Origin: Mayamaea pseudoterrestris
Lineage: Eukaryota
Direction: 5' to 3'
DNA: 64,000 bases
NCBI GenBank assembly: GCA_027923505.1
Contig: BROI01000007.1
Span: forward strand, 558,001-622,000
Shown piece after piece: positions 22,596-33,591 of this stretch. The stretch's first letter is position 1. Each line of letters begins with the position of its first letter. The position numbers were made by a program, and so were the translations under genes. The notes under the pieces are model-generated. The model saw only the letters and a program-made list of their open reading frames with translations. It was not told the origin of the DNA and did no database searches.

Positions 22596-23750
22596 ATGTC
22601 GGCCATGGCGCAGAAACAAAAGGTTAAAGCCGAGGAGCTCTTGGCGGAAGCAGCCAAAACACTCGTCAAGAAATCCTGGTTTGGCTCCAACAAGGAACGA
22701 AACGCCGAGGATGCCGTTGAATTGTACATGCAAGCCGCCAATGCTTATAAAGTTGGAGGCATGAGTCAGGAAGCTGGCGAGACTTACTGCAAAGCTGGAG
22801 AATTGCATCGCGATGTTTTGAAGAATGAAGGAGAGGCTGCCAAGGCGTATAGTCAAGCTGGTGAGTGCATCGTGAAAGTGTTGTTGCGTGATGAGCTCTT
22901 GCTTCTACCAATCATCAAGGGATTGAGCAGCTGCGATGACGTTTCTGCATTACCGGAACTTGTTTGCGAAGGAGTATTGAAAACGCGCTCGTCGCTTTTC
23001 TCATTTTTTTATAAGTGATCTGTGTGAAATGGTCTCACATTCATGCTCTCTTATCGCACATTTGCAGGCCAGTGCTACAAGAAGAGCAGTGCCGTCGATG
23101 CCGTCCAAGCCTTTCAGTCGGCAGCATCCCTTCTCACGGACGCGGGTCGCCTCACGCAGGCTGCCAAGATTTACAAGGAATGTGCCGAGCTTTTTGAAAA
23201 CGAAGAGGTGGGCGAGCAGGATGGTAAATCGGCCATTGTCATGGCAATCGAATTGTACGAGCGTGCTGCCGAACTGTTTGAAATGGATCAAGGCAATAGT
23301 CAATCGAGCCAGTGCCAGGCCAAGGTGGCGGAGCTTTGTAGCGCGGCATTGGATCCGCCTGACTTGACTCGGGCGGCGCAGATCTACGATGCACTTGGTC
23401 GCAAGTGTCTTGATTCCAACTTGCTCAAGTTCAACGCCAAGGTTTACTTTTTGCAGGCGGTGCTCTGCCACTTGGGCAATAGCGATGCCATTGGTGCAAA
23501 CCAGGCCTTGTCGCGATATGAATCACTCGACTATACGTTGGCCGACTCGCGCGAAGGCAAGTTTGCTCGATCGTTGATCGAGTGTGTTGAAGGCTATGAC
23601 GGTGAAGGCTTTGGAGCTGCCTGCCAAGACTACGATCGCATCTCCAAGTTGGATCCATGGAAGACAAGCATTCTTGTCAGAGTCAAGCGAAGCATTCAAG
23701 ACGAGGCGGGTGGTGGTGAGGACGAGGATGACGAATTTGATCTGACGTAA
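22596..23750 (+). CDS. Alpha-soluble NSF attachment protein (alpha-SNAP/Sec17); intron 22861-23067
   Basis: EDAVELYMQAANAYK, NLLKFNAK, SREGKF, YDRISKLDPWKT, C-terminal EFDLT. Confidence 0.92.
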
Positions 23751-23942
23751 TTTAGCTTACAAAGCTACTCATTAAGCGTTCATGTAGGTTGCAGCTACAC
23801 ATTGTTACTTACAGTTACAATCAATAGAGGTTTCAAGTTTTCACTTATGCATTGAGGGGCGGCCATCGACAGCTCGCTCCGCTACATATGTCTTTAATTT
23901 TTGATTATGAAAGAATAAAATTTACGCTCGATTCAACATCAG

Positions 23943-26516
23943 TTACATATTCCGACTCGCCAAGGCTTCTGTAAGTTTTGGTAGCCAGTAATCCTCAATA
24001 CGTTGGTTGACAAAACAATTGTACGAGAGTCCGTCCTGGTCATATGCATCATCGCCTTTTTTCTTGGTACTGTTGGGCCAAGGCACTGCTACCAAGCACC
24101 CCAGCCACTTCTTGTCAAAGTCTTTGTGACAGTGCCCTCGCCATCGGTTGGTTTGGTCGGGTTTGATCGTTTTGGTATGAACCATGAGTGCTTCATGCAA
24201 TTCGTCAGTCACGCGTTCGCTGGGAGAGTGCTCCTCGTGTCGACGTATTCTCCACTCTGTCCCGTTTCGGCGCTTGCTCTCGGCGTAGGTTACGAGGATG
24301 GAATCGGGGACGGTACTATAATGCACAAAGTGATAATGGACGTATGATGGCCGGTAAATTTGTTTCCTGGCCCGCTCTGCCCAGTTTGGCTTGGGGAATT
24401 CTTCAGGATCACAGTTGTATGCTTGAAGAAATGTAACATCGTCGCGTTTCTTTAGCGACTTGCCGTGATCAGCTGGGTGACATGATTCCGGCCGCAACTT
24501 TCCTCTCGTACTGCGAAAAGTTAAGACATTTGTCCCGCCATTTGCGGCGTCGGAAAGAACATCTTTCAGGCTCGTGTAGTTCCCCATGGGAACAAGGTAT
24601 TCATCCGAGTCGAATGACGATATCCATTCAGTGAATGGTCCATACCGCGTTCGGCAGCTATTTTCCGCAGCATATTGACTTGATCGCTCGCCAGTGTTGT
24701 CGTGCGCCGGAACATTATTGTTGCAAATGATGGAAGGCCAGTCAATGTATGTCACTTTACCAGGAAACCGATCTGCTACCTCTCGCAGTGACGTTTCATT
24801 GGTTTGTGCTCCACTGTTATCGTACAGGTAAATTTGGTCAAAGCCCACTAGCAAATGAAACTCAATCCACTCATTCATTCGAGCAAACGTATCGGAAGTA
24901 ACGTCCGATGCGCGGGAGGCGCCGCGTGTTTTGAATTGTGCCGAAGCCCAGACGCAGGCAGACAAATAGTGTGGTTTCTTATGTTGCTTAAAGACGTCAG
25001 GAACAAGTTCAGTTTCACCTTTTCCATCGCTTAACTGTGGCGGTAAGCAAATGGGTATATTTTCCCACCGGCCACTAGCTTGGACGTGCGGAAGAACATT
25101 TCTGGGGCCCCATCGCTCAGTCGCGTTGAACCCTTTCACTCCCCATATGCGTCTTGGTCCGATCTGCTCCTCTGTGAGCCAGTGTTCGTCGTACCGGACG
25201 GAAGTTCGAATGGGCACTAGGTTAACATAAACTGTTGGCGTGCCATCACTTAAAATTAACTCTCCGCTGGCGACGCGTTCTCTTAATTTATGCTCATCGG
25301 GGACTGGACAATGAAATCGAATGTTGCTAGTCCAGAAGAAGATTGTATCCTTGCCCTTGGCGGTCAGCATGGCATCTACGTTCTTCCGGTAGGATACAAG
25401 CTCATAGTTGAAGGGATACTGACTCAAAGTCTCGCCGAGGTAGATTGTCTGTGGTTTGTTGTAGTCGTCAAAGGTCGTTGCATGAAATTGGCATACGAAA
25501 CGAGTGAACATGCCATCGCCAGAAGACTCATTATGGGATGCGAGTCGGTACCTTGATGCAGCCTGCGTTTCCTCATCCGACAATGACGGTTGCCACAAAT
25601 CCGGTGCCAGCGTCCTCGCCATCTTCTCCGTTATCCTTTCGACGCTGATTGGCTGCATCAAGGCAACTTGAGGCGTCAATCGATTCACATCCTTGGTGTA
25701 CTTGGTTCCAGTCCGACACCGTCGTTTGTTCTGTGCGACAAACTCAATGCGACTTCCATCCTGACTCGGAAAGACGTCATGTATCCATGATAGCCACGGA
25801 TCCGACTCGACGGGGCAGTGAGGCAGCTCCTGCTGCGCAAAGTTTTCGGGCGTGGCTTCATCGGCCACGTTCCAAACAACTGGATTGCCGTTTGGATCAA
25901 TCTCCAAACCTCGATCGACCGGAAACCTACCAGGCATGTCGTGGCAGCTTTGAACCTTTTTGTAAACCACTTTCTGTAGCTGGTGAGGCGTCTGTTTGCG
26001 GAGGGGTAGAGGCATTATAAAGTTCGGAGGAGTGCCCTTGTCTCGTTCATTCGCCAAATCTCCACGGCTTCCAGTTCCAGGAATTGTGTCGTTTAGTGGA
26101 GGCTCAATGAAAGCAGTGATTGGCTTGAAGATAGCTTTTGACCCATATTGTTTTAGAGCAGCTTCTGCCTTGGCTCTGTCAAACTGAAACGATGTGCTTG
26201 ATGATGACTGTCGACGTGTCGTGATTTCAGTCTTGGCGATGATCGTTTCTCCCCCCTCGTCTATCCCTCGATGTATCACGAGAAATGAGTACATGGAGAA
26301 GAAAAGGTACAGTACAACTATAAGCATTGTACTGCCGATAACTCGCTGTGTCAATGTAAACGTTGTGCCTTTGGTGTGATGCCTCCATCGAGTTGCGCCC
26401 TGTTTGCGTCGATCATGGCTGTTGCCAGCTGGCCTGGCTGGATCCACTGCAGCCTGCAGACGATATGCTGTCCCAGCTCCCGGCCTTCTTGAAGATACAG
26501 ATCGGCTCTGCAACAT
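23943..26516 (-). CDS. Type II membrane glycosyltransferase family 92 (DUF23)-like protein
   Basis: N-terminal TM anchor; EWIEFHLLVGFDQIYLYDN, QYAAENSC, WISSFDSDEYLVP. Confidence 0.8.
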   Translation of the reverse strand: MLQSRSVSSRRPGAGTAYRLQAAVDPARPAGNSHDRRKQGATRWRHHTKGTTFTLTQRVIGSTMLIVVLYLFFSMYSFLVIHRGIDEGGETIIAKTEITTRRQSSSSTSFQFDRAKAEAALKQYGSKAIFKPITAFIEPPLNDTIPGTGSRGDLANERDKGTPPNFIMPLPLRKQTPHQLQKVVYKKVQSCHDMPGRFPVDRGLEIDPNGNPVVWNVADEATPENFAQQELPHCPVESDPWLSWIHDVFPSQDGSRIEFVAQNKRRCRTGTKYTKDVNRLTPQVALMQPISVERITEKMARTLAPDLWQPSLSDEETQAASRYRLASHNESSGDGMFTRFVCQFHATTFDDYNKPQTIYLGETLSQYPFNYELVSYRKNVDAMLTAKGKDTIFFWTSNIRFHCPVPDEHKLRERVASGELILSDGTPTVYVNLVPIRTSVRYDEHWLTEEQIGPRRIWGVKGFNATERWGPRNVLPHVQASGRWENIPICLPPQLSDGKGETELVPDVFKQHKKPHYLSACVWASAQFKTRGASRASDVTSDTFARMNEWIEFHLLVGFDQIYLYDNSGAQTNETSLREVADRFPGKVTYIDWPSIICNNNVPAHDNTGERSSQYAAENSCRTRYGPFTEWISSFDSDEYLVPMGNYTSLKDVLSDAANGGTNVLTFRSTRGKLRPESCHPADHGKSLKKRDDVTFLQAYNCDPEEFPKPNWAERARKQIYRPSYVHYHFVHYSTVPDSILVTYAESKRRNGTEWRIRRHEEHSPSERVTDELHEALMVHTKTIKPDQTNRWRGHCHKDFDKKWLGCLVAVPWPNSTKKKGDDAYDQDGLSYNCFVNQRIEDYWLPKLTEALASRNM

Positions 26517-26780
26517 GAGGCTGATGTAATAATTAGTCTTTTGCGTCGAGGTTTGGTCACGGTTGATCGTTCCAAAAAATGAAGAGAATTTTAGTACCGC
26601 TACGATGTTTGTGTAACGCTACGACCTTTGCGACGGAAACGCACACCTTCCGTTTCACTCCGTGCTGATGACCATGGCACAACACGCGCGGCGCTGTTGC
26701 AGTGTTTTACTTACCAAGACTTGTGACCGCAAAAGTCGACTTTTTCATTGTAGCTTGATTAAGTCACAACTATCAGCATC

Positions 26781-27956
26781 ATGGGGAAGCACGAGAAAGG
26801 CTCCGTCAAGGACATTGCGAAACAAATTAAATCCAAAGGCTTGCAAAAACTCAAATTCTACTGCCAACTCTGCGAGAAGCAGTGTCGCGACGCCAATGGC
26901 TTCAAATGCCACTTGACAGGAGACTCTCACTTGCGCCAAGTCAAGCTGTTCAGCAGTAATGCGCAAGGAGTCATGGATCGCTACAGCAAGGAGTTTGAAA
27001 AAATGTTTCTCGACAATTTACGCATGCGACATCAAACCGTCAAGGTTTCGGCCAATAATGTTTACCAGCAAGTTATTCAAGACAAGCAACATATACATAT
27101 GAATGCGACTATTTGGGCGACGCTGACTGACTTTTGCAAGTACCTCGGGAAAACTGGCAAGTGTATTGTTGAGGAAACGGAGCGCGGCTGGATGATTCAG
27201 TACATTGATCGAGATCCAAGCAAGGCTGCCAAGGCGCTTGAACTGCAGAAACGCACAGAAGCGGAGCAAGCGGCGGAAATGGCACTGCAGGAAAAGTTTC
27301 AGCGGCAGCGAGAGGAAGCGGCAAAGCAGCTGGATGCGAGTGTTGTGGAGGCAGCAACACCGAGCGCACTCGACACTAACGCGAATATTAATGTCAATTT
27401 GGAGATTCGCAAACCTTTAAAAAAGGTTAAGACAGGGGCAAGTACGAATGTTGGAGCGGTGTTTGGAGAAGATGACGAGGGTTCCGAGAGCGACGACGGT
27501 CCTCCCTCGGGTCCACCGCTTCCACCAGCATTTTTGGAAAGTAAGAAGCGTTCACGTACAGAACCAGAATCTAGTCAATCAGCAGCTGTCGCTGCTGCAG
27601 CTTTACTAAAGGATAGCGATGATGGCTGGCTCTTGGACAATATTCTTGTCCGCATTATCAACAAAAAGTCGAAATACTTTAAACAAAAGGCAATCGTCAA
27701 GCGGGCTGGTCGATTGGCGCAGTTGACTCTGTTAGACGACTCTAACAAGAGTTTGGAAGTCAAACAAAAGCATTTGGAGACCGTCGTGCCAAAGCAAACG
27801 GGATCGCGTGTGCGGTTGCTGCAGGGAAGACATCGGGGTCAAGTGGCAACAGTTCAAGCGCTCGACAAGCATGAGTTTCGAGCAACGCTCCAGCTTGCGA
27901 ATGCTGTGGTTTTGCAAAATATTGATTACAATGACTTTTCGCAAGTAGCAGAATAG
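26781..27956 (+). CDS. KIN17: DNA/RNA-binding protein KIN17
   Basis: KGLQKLKFYCQLCEKQCRDANGFKCH, HIHMNATIWATLTDFCKYLG, C-terminal KOW/SH3-like (HLETVVP). Confidence 0.95.
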   Translation: MGKHEKGSVKDIAKQIKSKGLQKLKFYCQLCEKQCRDANGFKCHLTGDSHLRQVKLFSSNAQGVMDRYSKEFEKMFLDNLRMRHQTVKVSANNVYQQVIQDKQHIHMNATIWATLTDFCKYLGKTGKCIVEETERGWMIQYIDRDPSKAAKALELQKRTEAEQAAEMALQEKFQRQREEAAKQLDASVVEAATPSALDTNANINVNLEIRKPLKKVKTGASTNVGAVFGEDDEGSESDDGPPSGPPLPPAFLESKKRSRTEPESSQSAAVAAAALLKDSDDGWLLDNILVRIINKKSKYFKQKAIVKRAGRLAQLTLLDDSNKSLEVKQKHLETVVPKQTGSRVRLLQGRHRGQVATVQALDKHEFRATLQLANAVVLQNIDYNDFSQVAE

Positions 27957-28341
27957 TAGATTGAACAAACTTTTCCGTTCGTCTCGCTAGGAGTGCTCGT
28001 TCGCAATGCAACGGCTCCTCGCACTGGGGCATTGTGGTCTTTTCTTCGAGTCATGTTATGAATTGCAGAACGGTTTATATATAAAACAGCGGCTTTACTG
28101 TATAGAGATGTTATGTGCACTAAAACAACTTCAAAGGCATACCGTATGCGACGCGACGTAGCTGCTTTCCAACTTCGGTAGCGGTGCGACACTCTTGAAA
28201 GAAACGCAGCCGCACAACACAAATCCACACGGCGACCAATAACGCAACAAATCCTTGCCTTCCCTCTTGCTAACACAGCTACTTTGATTCCGACTCTCTT
28301 ATCGGTGACCATATTAATTCTTTCTATATATCCTTAAAAGA

Positions 28342-31300
28342 ATGGTGATCGTCGAATTTCCTCTTTGGGTCGCGCACTCGACGGAAGCTTCCTCCACAAC
28401 ATCTGCAACGCATGATTCTGCGCACAATGTCAAGGCTGCCCAAGCCTTGAACATGCTGCAGACGAAAAAGTCTGCCATGTACGGGGTCGACTGCCATCCG
28501 GACGGAACGCGATTTGCCACGGCAGGTGGAGACGGAACAGTGCGAATATGGAGTACGGCTCCACTCTTTTCCAACAAGCATCGAGGAAAAATTGCAAATG
28601 AACTCGCGCATCAAAGCAACAGCAACAGTCTCACCATGGGTGGAGGAGGTTTGGTGACTTCATTCGTGAGTAGCAGCAGTAGTAGCAGTGGAAGTGATCA
28701 TGATGATTTGACCTCGCCGATAAACGGAAGCGGCAATCTGCAGAATGCAAGTCGGGAGTCAACAGGCAGCAATAAACCAAGCAGCAGTGACGAGGAAGAA
28801 CAGATTCGCGACTTGAATAGCCTGGTACGACGCAAAAAGGATGGTCAATCACCCGCACGACCTTTGCGGCCACAAGCAAGTCCTCCTTTGAAGGCAGCGA
28901 CAAAGAGCCAATTTGCTCAAAAGCTCAACACTAAAAGCAATGAACCGCCACGCTTGCTTGCCACCCTGTCGGCGCATACGGGATCTTCCGTTTTGGCGGT
29001 GCGTTTCTCAACGACGGGCAAGTATTTGGCGTCGGCTGGCGATGACGCTGTCGTTTGCATCTACGAGCGATCCAATGTTGCGTCGGCAGCGTCGGGCAAT
29101 CTGACGGGGCATTACAATCATCATCACCATCATGCTCATGCGGAACATTGGATTCGAATACACTGCTGTCGGGGGCATGAACTGGATGTAGTTGATTTAG
29201 CTTGGGCTCCGGATGATTCCTATTTGGTGTCGTGCTCGCTTGACAGTCAAACGCCAATCATTGTTTGGAAGATTGCCGATGATTTTGACAGCCGAAATAG
29301 CAGCAAGGGCATTATCAAGAGCCCGTACAAGGTTCTTGGACGAGGAGTTCATACAAGTACCGTCAAGGGTGTATGTTTTGATCCAGCTGGTTCGTACATT
29401 GCGAGTTCGGGGGACGATCCTGCGGTTTGCATTTGGCGCGCACACGACGATTGGGGGCTGGAGCAGCGGATCGACGCTTCCTCCGGCATTTTTCGGCAGT
29501 GGCATGCCAATGATGACTCTGTCAGCTTGTCGAGTCAGTCCTTGTTTCGTCGCATTAGTTGGGCAACGGATGGCGCTTTCTTATGTTCGACGAACTCTGT
29601 CGTGAAGAATAAGCATGTTGCGTCAACAATAAGTCGTCAAAGTTGGAACGTGAGCTCTGGCTCGCATGTTTCGACAGGTGCTGCGAACCTTGTTGGTCAC
29701 AAGCAGCCGGTCGTTGTGAGTCGGCACGCGCCTCAAATGCTCAGCGCCAAGAAGCGGCGCGAAAGAGCTCTTCAGAATGACGAAATTGAACATGAAGCTG
29801 ACGATGAAGCGGAAGACGATGAAGACGAAGAGCCACAACATGCAATGCTATTGGCACTAGGTGACAAGCGCGGGTTCGTGACAGTATGGAGCACTAAGAA
29901 GTCGCGTCCAATTTTCAAGTTGCAATGCAGCGAAAGTCGATGTACAGTGACGGATTTGTCTTGGCTAAAGTTACCCACGAGTGACAATCTTGTTCTTCTA
30001 ATATCCTTATTGGATGGCCAGTTAGTTGCTGTCAATTTTGCAGTGCCGTCAGAGCTTGGCGCGTTGTTGAGTAAAAAAGATCAGGCTAGAGTGTTTCAAT
30101 TGAGATATGGAATTGATGCAGACGATAACCGACTGTTCGTTGGCCGGAGCACAGGCATTAAAATAGTGGAGAACCCACTGCAGATGACACTAGAAGATCA
30201 GGATATGAATGACGCTGATGGAGGCGATAATCCTTTTCCAGATGACGTCGATAATGATAAGGAAGAGCTGAGTGCGCCCCAGCAGGAAACGCAAGCGAAA
30301 CAGAAGGAGAGTCGGATAGGTGGCAAGAAACGAGTGCAGCCAATGCTTGTCAGTTTGACTACAGCGCCAGAGAAGCGAGCTCGAGTCGATAATTCAAGGG
30401 ATAAAGAGCTGCAGGAGAGACGGAAATCGCTTGATCCAGTGCAAAATGCACTTGACGCCGCAGAAAAAGCTAATGCAGCCATTCAGGCTGCTCATGCGCA
30501 AAAGGAAAGGACAAGTCATAACGACGCTACAATTGCCCAGACAAATGCTCCATCAAATATCACTTTGACAGCACCTGCTCGCCCAGCGCAGCTACCTGCT
30601 ACCAATTCGTTCGCGTTGCCTTTTAGCACCGAGACATCTCATTCCGCCGAGCTTCCTCTCAGGAATGACTTCATTGCCTCCCACTCGGACCCTCCAGCAT
30701 CGTTTATGGTTGAGTGCAAGAACTCCAACAAAACTCCTTCAGGTTCGATAGGGTCGTCAATGCCATGCATTGACATTGCAATTAGCTCTGTAGGGAAGGT
30801 GTCATGGAAAGAGCAGATCGCCGGCACATCATGTTGTGCCATTGCTGCGTCGCTTGATTTTCTTGCAGTCGGGACTAGTGACGGTACAATCCAGCTCTAC
30901 AGCACCTCACCCAGTATGGGCTGGGCGTGTGGTGTTGCATTCAGGTCGCATCCTACGATTGTGATCGGTCAAGCGCCAGTTAACCTTAGGTTAAACGATC
31001 AGACAGCGGCAACTGGCGAGAAGACTGTGTCAATGATGATTGTGAGCGCTGACGGGGGCTTTGCAGTTTACACGCTACTACCACAGCTCAAGCTGCAATA
31101 CAAGGGCACTATTGTTCCTGCTATGACGCACATGACACATAGTGCCTGTGTCAGACAAGGCTTGGCAGTTCCAAACCTTTCAAGAATTCAAGTAACTGAG
31201 TCAGGCCATTTACTGATGTTACTATCTTTGGAACCCGCCACGCCTCGTACAGACGCCAACGGGAATTATGCCTCACGTTCAATGGCAAGTGCACTGGAAA

Positions 31301-31896
31301 GTATTGGTGGTTCTGTCCAAGCATTTGTGTATAATGTTGACGCTGAACTCTGGATGCGGGTTTCGGATAGTCGCTTCCTACTGTCAGACTTTTACAGTGT
31401 GAACCCCTCTCGAAATAACGAAAGAGGACGACTTATACAATGGGACGACCTTGTTCGAATCGGAAGTGCGCAGTCACAGCTCAAGGCAAATCGTCGATTG
31501 AACGCTGACAGCGGCGAGGTCCGCACAATATACAATAGCGACGAAGAAAGTATCTTTGAAGCAACCAGAGTACATTGTGAGGATCGCATGGCTTGCGCCA
31601 TGGCTTTTGGAGAAGCAAATGAATTCGAGCATTGGCTTCGATTGTACATCCGCACGTTGACGCGCTCGGGAAATGTTGATGTGGTGCGCATTGTCGTTGA
31701 CATGCTCAAAACTGACGAAGACCGACCCTTGCTTGGCTCCGACAGGATGGGTTGCTGGTGGATGTCACAGGCATCGTCCATTCTGGGACTTGGACGAACA
31801 ACTCTTCTCAAGTCGATTGTAATTCCAGAGCTCAGCAAGAATCGATCGTTGCAACGACTCACGAACGAAATCAACCTGGAAGTTTCCAATTTGTGA
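28342..31896 (+). CDS. HIRA: Histone chaperone HIRA/Hir1
   Basis: WD40 repeats (HPDGTRFATAGGD, GHELDVVDLAWAPD, VKGVCFDPAGSYIAS, FRRISW), B-motif-like GKKRVQP, C-terminal Hira domain. Confidence 0.92.
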   Translation: MVIVEFPLWVAHSTEASSTTSATHDSAHNVKAAQALNMLQTKKSAMYGVDCHPDGTRFATAGGDGTVRIWSTAPLFSNKHRGKIANELAHQSNSNSLTMGGGGLVTSFVSSSSSSSGSDHDDLTSPINGSGNLQNASRESTGSNKPSSSDEEEQIRDLNSLVRRKKDGQSPARPLRPQASPPLKAATKSQFAQKLNTKSNEPPRLLATLSAHTGSSVLAVRFSTTGKYLASAGDDAVVCIYERSNVASAASGNLTGHYNHHHHHAHAEHWIRIHCCRGHELDVVDLAWAPDDSYLVSCSLDSQTPIIVWKIADDFDSRNSSKGIIKSPYKVLGRGVHTSTVKGVCFDPAGSYIASSGDDPAVCIWRAHDDWGLEQRIDASSGIFRQWHANDDSVSLSSQSLFRRISWATDGAFLCSTNSVVKNKHVASTISRQSWNVSSGSHVSTGAANLVGHKQPVVVSRHAPQMLSAKKRRERALQNDEIEHEADDEAEDDEDEEPQHAMLLALGDKRGFVTVWSTKKSRPIFKLQCSESRCTVTDLSWLKLPTSDNLVLLISLLDGQLVAVNFAVPSELGALLSKKDQARVFQLRYGIDADDNRLFVGRSTGIKIVENPLQMTLEDQDMNDADGGDNPFPDDVDNDKEELSAPQQETQAKQKESRIGGKKRVQPMLVSLTTAPEKRARVDNSRDKELQERRKSLDPVQNALDAAEKANAAIQAAHAQKERTSHNDATIAQTNAPSNITLTAPARPAQLPATNSFALPFSTETSHSAELPLRNDFIASHSDPPASFMVECKNSNKTPSGSIGSSMPCIDIAISSVGKVSWKEQIAGTSCCAIAASLDFLAVGTSDGTIQLYSTSPSMGWACGVAFRSHPTIVIGQAPVNLRLNDQTAATGEKTVSMMIVSADGGFAVYTLLPQLKLQYKGTIVPAMTHMTHSACVRQGLAVPNLSRIQVTESGHLLMLLSLEPATPRTDANGNYASRSMASALESIGGSVQAFVYNVDAELWMRVSDSRFLLSDFYSVNPSRNNERGRLIQWDDLVRIGSAQSQLKANRRLNADSGEVRTIYNSDEESIFEATRVHCEDRMACAMAFGEANEFEHWLRLYIRTLTRSGNVDVVRIVVDMLKTDEDRPLLGSDRMGCWWMSQASSILGLGRTTLLKSIVIPELSKNRSLQRLTNEINLEVSNL

Positions 31897-32413
31897 TGCT
31901 ATAATAAATGATGATGATAGCTTTGTTTGTTTATCTAGATTGTAGGCGATACGAGATACACATACCCAGCCAATAAGGGCGACTAGCAACATAAGAAGAG
32001 TACGACATAGATGGGACGTGATCGCTCCACAGTTGAGATTTGGGGACCAGTTGCGACTTTAAAGTGCAAAAATTAGCTAAACTCGTTTTGATGAAAAGAA
32101 TGATGATGATTCGATTACCTCTCCCATCGCTGTACCGAAACTAAAAATTTGCTTGCACCTCCGATATTGCTGGCCCAAATGACCAGGAGGCATGTGCAAA
32201 AGTATAGCATCAAGTGCAGGATCAAGTACGGCAAGGGCGATAATCTATTTTGCACACGAGTCTGATCCGTACAGGGATGTGCTCAAGTAAAATATTTATG
32301 AGCAAGTATATAAAAGGCCAGCACCAACTTTTTCAGTAAATCGGACAATTTGCTTCAAGAATACTATGTAAAAATGTACAAAACATATCACTAGCTTAAC
32401 GGTTGTCGATAAA

Positions 32414-33410
32414 TTATTCAACGCCGCCTCCCGTCAGTGACTTCCACAAGCCAGCGAGTCCACCAACTTGCTCCTGCAGTGAACGAGGTTTACGAATCGG
32501 CACCTGTCCATTTTCAAACTTGTTTCTTAAATCGTAAACAAACTCCAGAGCCGACCGCTCCGCTTCCGTCAACTCTGGATGCCAAAAGTCAATGATCAAT
32601 ACATGCCGATCTTGCTCGGTGGGATTGCCGGTGGAATGAACAAAGGATGTATCAATCGTGGTCAGCTTGCCTTGCGCCCAGCCCCTGCGCACACCTCCCA
32701 CTTCCATCCAGACCAAGATGCGAGGTCAAAATAAAGTTGCGTCCATCGCTATGTGGTTGCACGCCGGTTCCTGGTGTTTGCTTCGCAAAGCAAACGCCTC
32801 GCACCGCCAGCGGAATTTTCAGCGACTTTAACAAGCGAAAGGTTTCCGGAAATTGGAGGCACGTTTCCGTGTTCCATACGCCAAGTCGCTGCAGTCGCAC
32901 GGCGCTCCAACCTTGGCCCATGACTTGGTTCTGCCAAATGGAGTCTGTGGCAAAGACCATGGAAGTGTTGAGTTTCGTTTCGTATTCGGCTTGGATAATG
33001 TGAGCGCTTGCTTCCAAGTCTTGCGCCCATGGGAACAGCTGCAAGTCTTCTGCTGCGTTCCAAAACGGTTTCGTTGTTAATCCATCGACATGTTCCTCCG
33101 ATGGCTCGTGGCCTGCAGCGCTTGGTGTTGGTAGGGAAAGTTTCCCCTGGGCTCTTGCCGCAAAGGTTCGAATGCGATCAATGTCTTGGTTTTGCTTGCG
33201 CCAAAAGTTCTCAATGTCATCAAGGCCATCGTCTACATCCTCCCAAAATTGCATCTGCCGTTCCGTCAAGACATTGCATGACAAATGGCAGTGCCTTGTT
33301 GATGCGTGACGATTGTTCGTTACAAGAGTTGTGAACCCTGCCGATTTGCTGATGTGGAAAAGCAGCATGCATGCGGCAGAGCGCGACAATCTCATCGTCC
33401 ATCTTCTCAT
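32414..33410 (-). pseudogene. Aspartyl/asparaginyl beta-hydroxylase-domain 2OG-Fe(II) oxygenase with an internal frameshifting deletion at ~32710
   Basis: PHSDGRNFILTSHLGL, then a frame change to WMEVGG..IDTSFVHS..RHVLIIDFWHPEL. N-terminus resembles a signal peptide followed by SAG-F (possible plastid targeting). Confidence 0.7.
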
Positions 33411-33591
33411 ATTTGTAGTGGTTGATGCTGGTCAATGCGCTGTACTTGCGCAGTAAGGCTGTAACGGTTGCTTCTCGCCGCAAAATCGGATGCAAAACAA
33501 ACAACAAAACTGTGAAGTCGACGGCCGAAAAGAAGAACCGGTGAGACACGGGCCTCATCGTGATCACCGCGCGCGTTCATCGCGTCCTTGG

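Noticed and set aside
8008..31896. Functional chromatin gene cluster (TLK, HIRA, deacetylase, KIN17)
   Set aside because: The genes are interspersed with unrelated housekeeping genes, with no evidence beyond chance.
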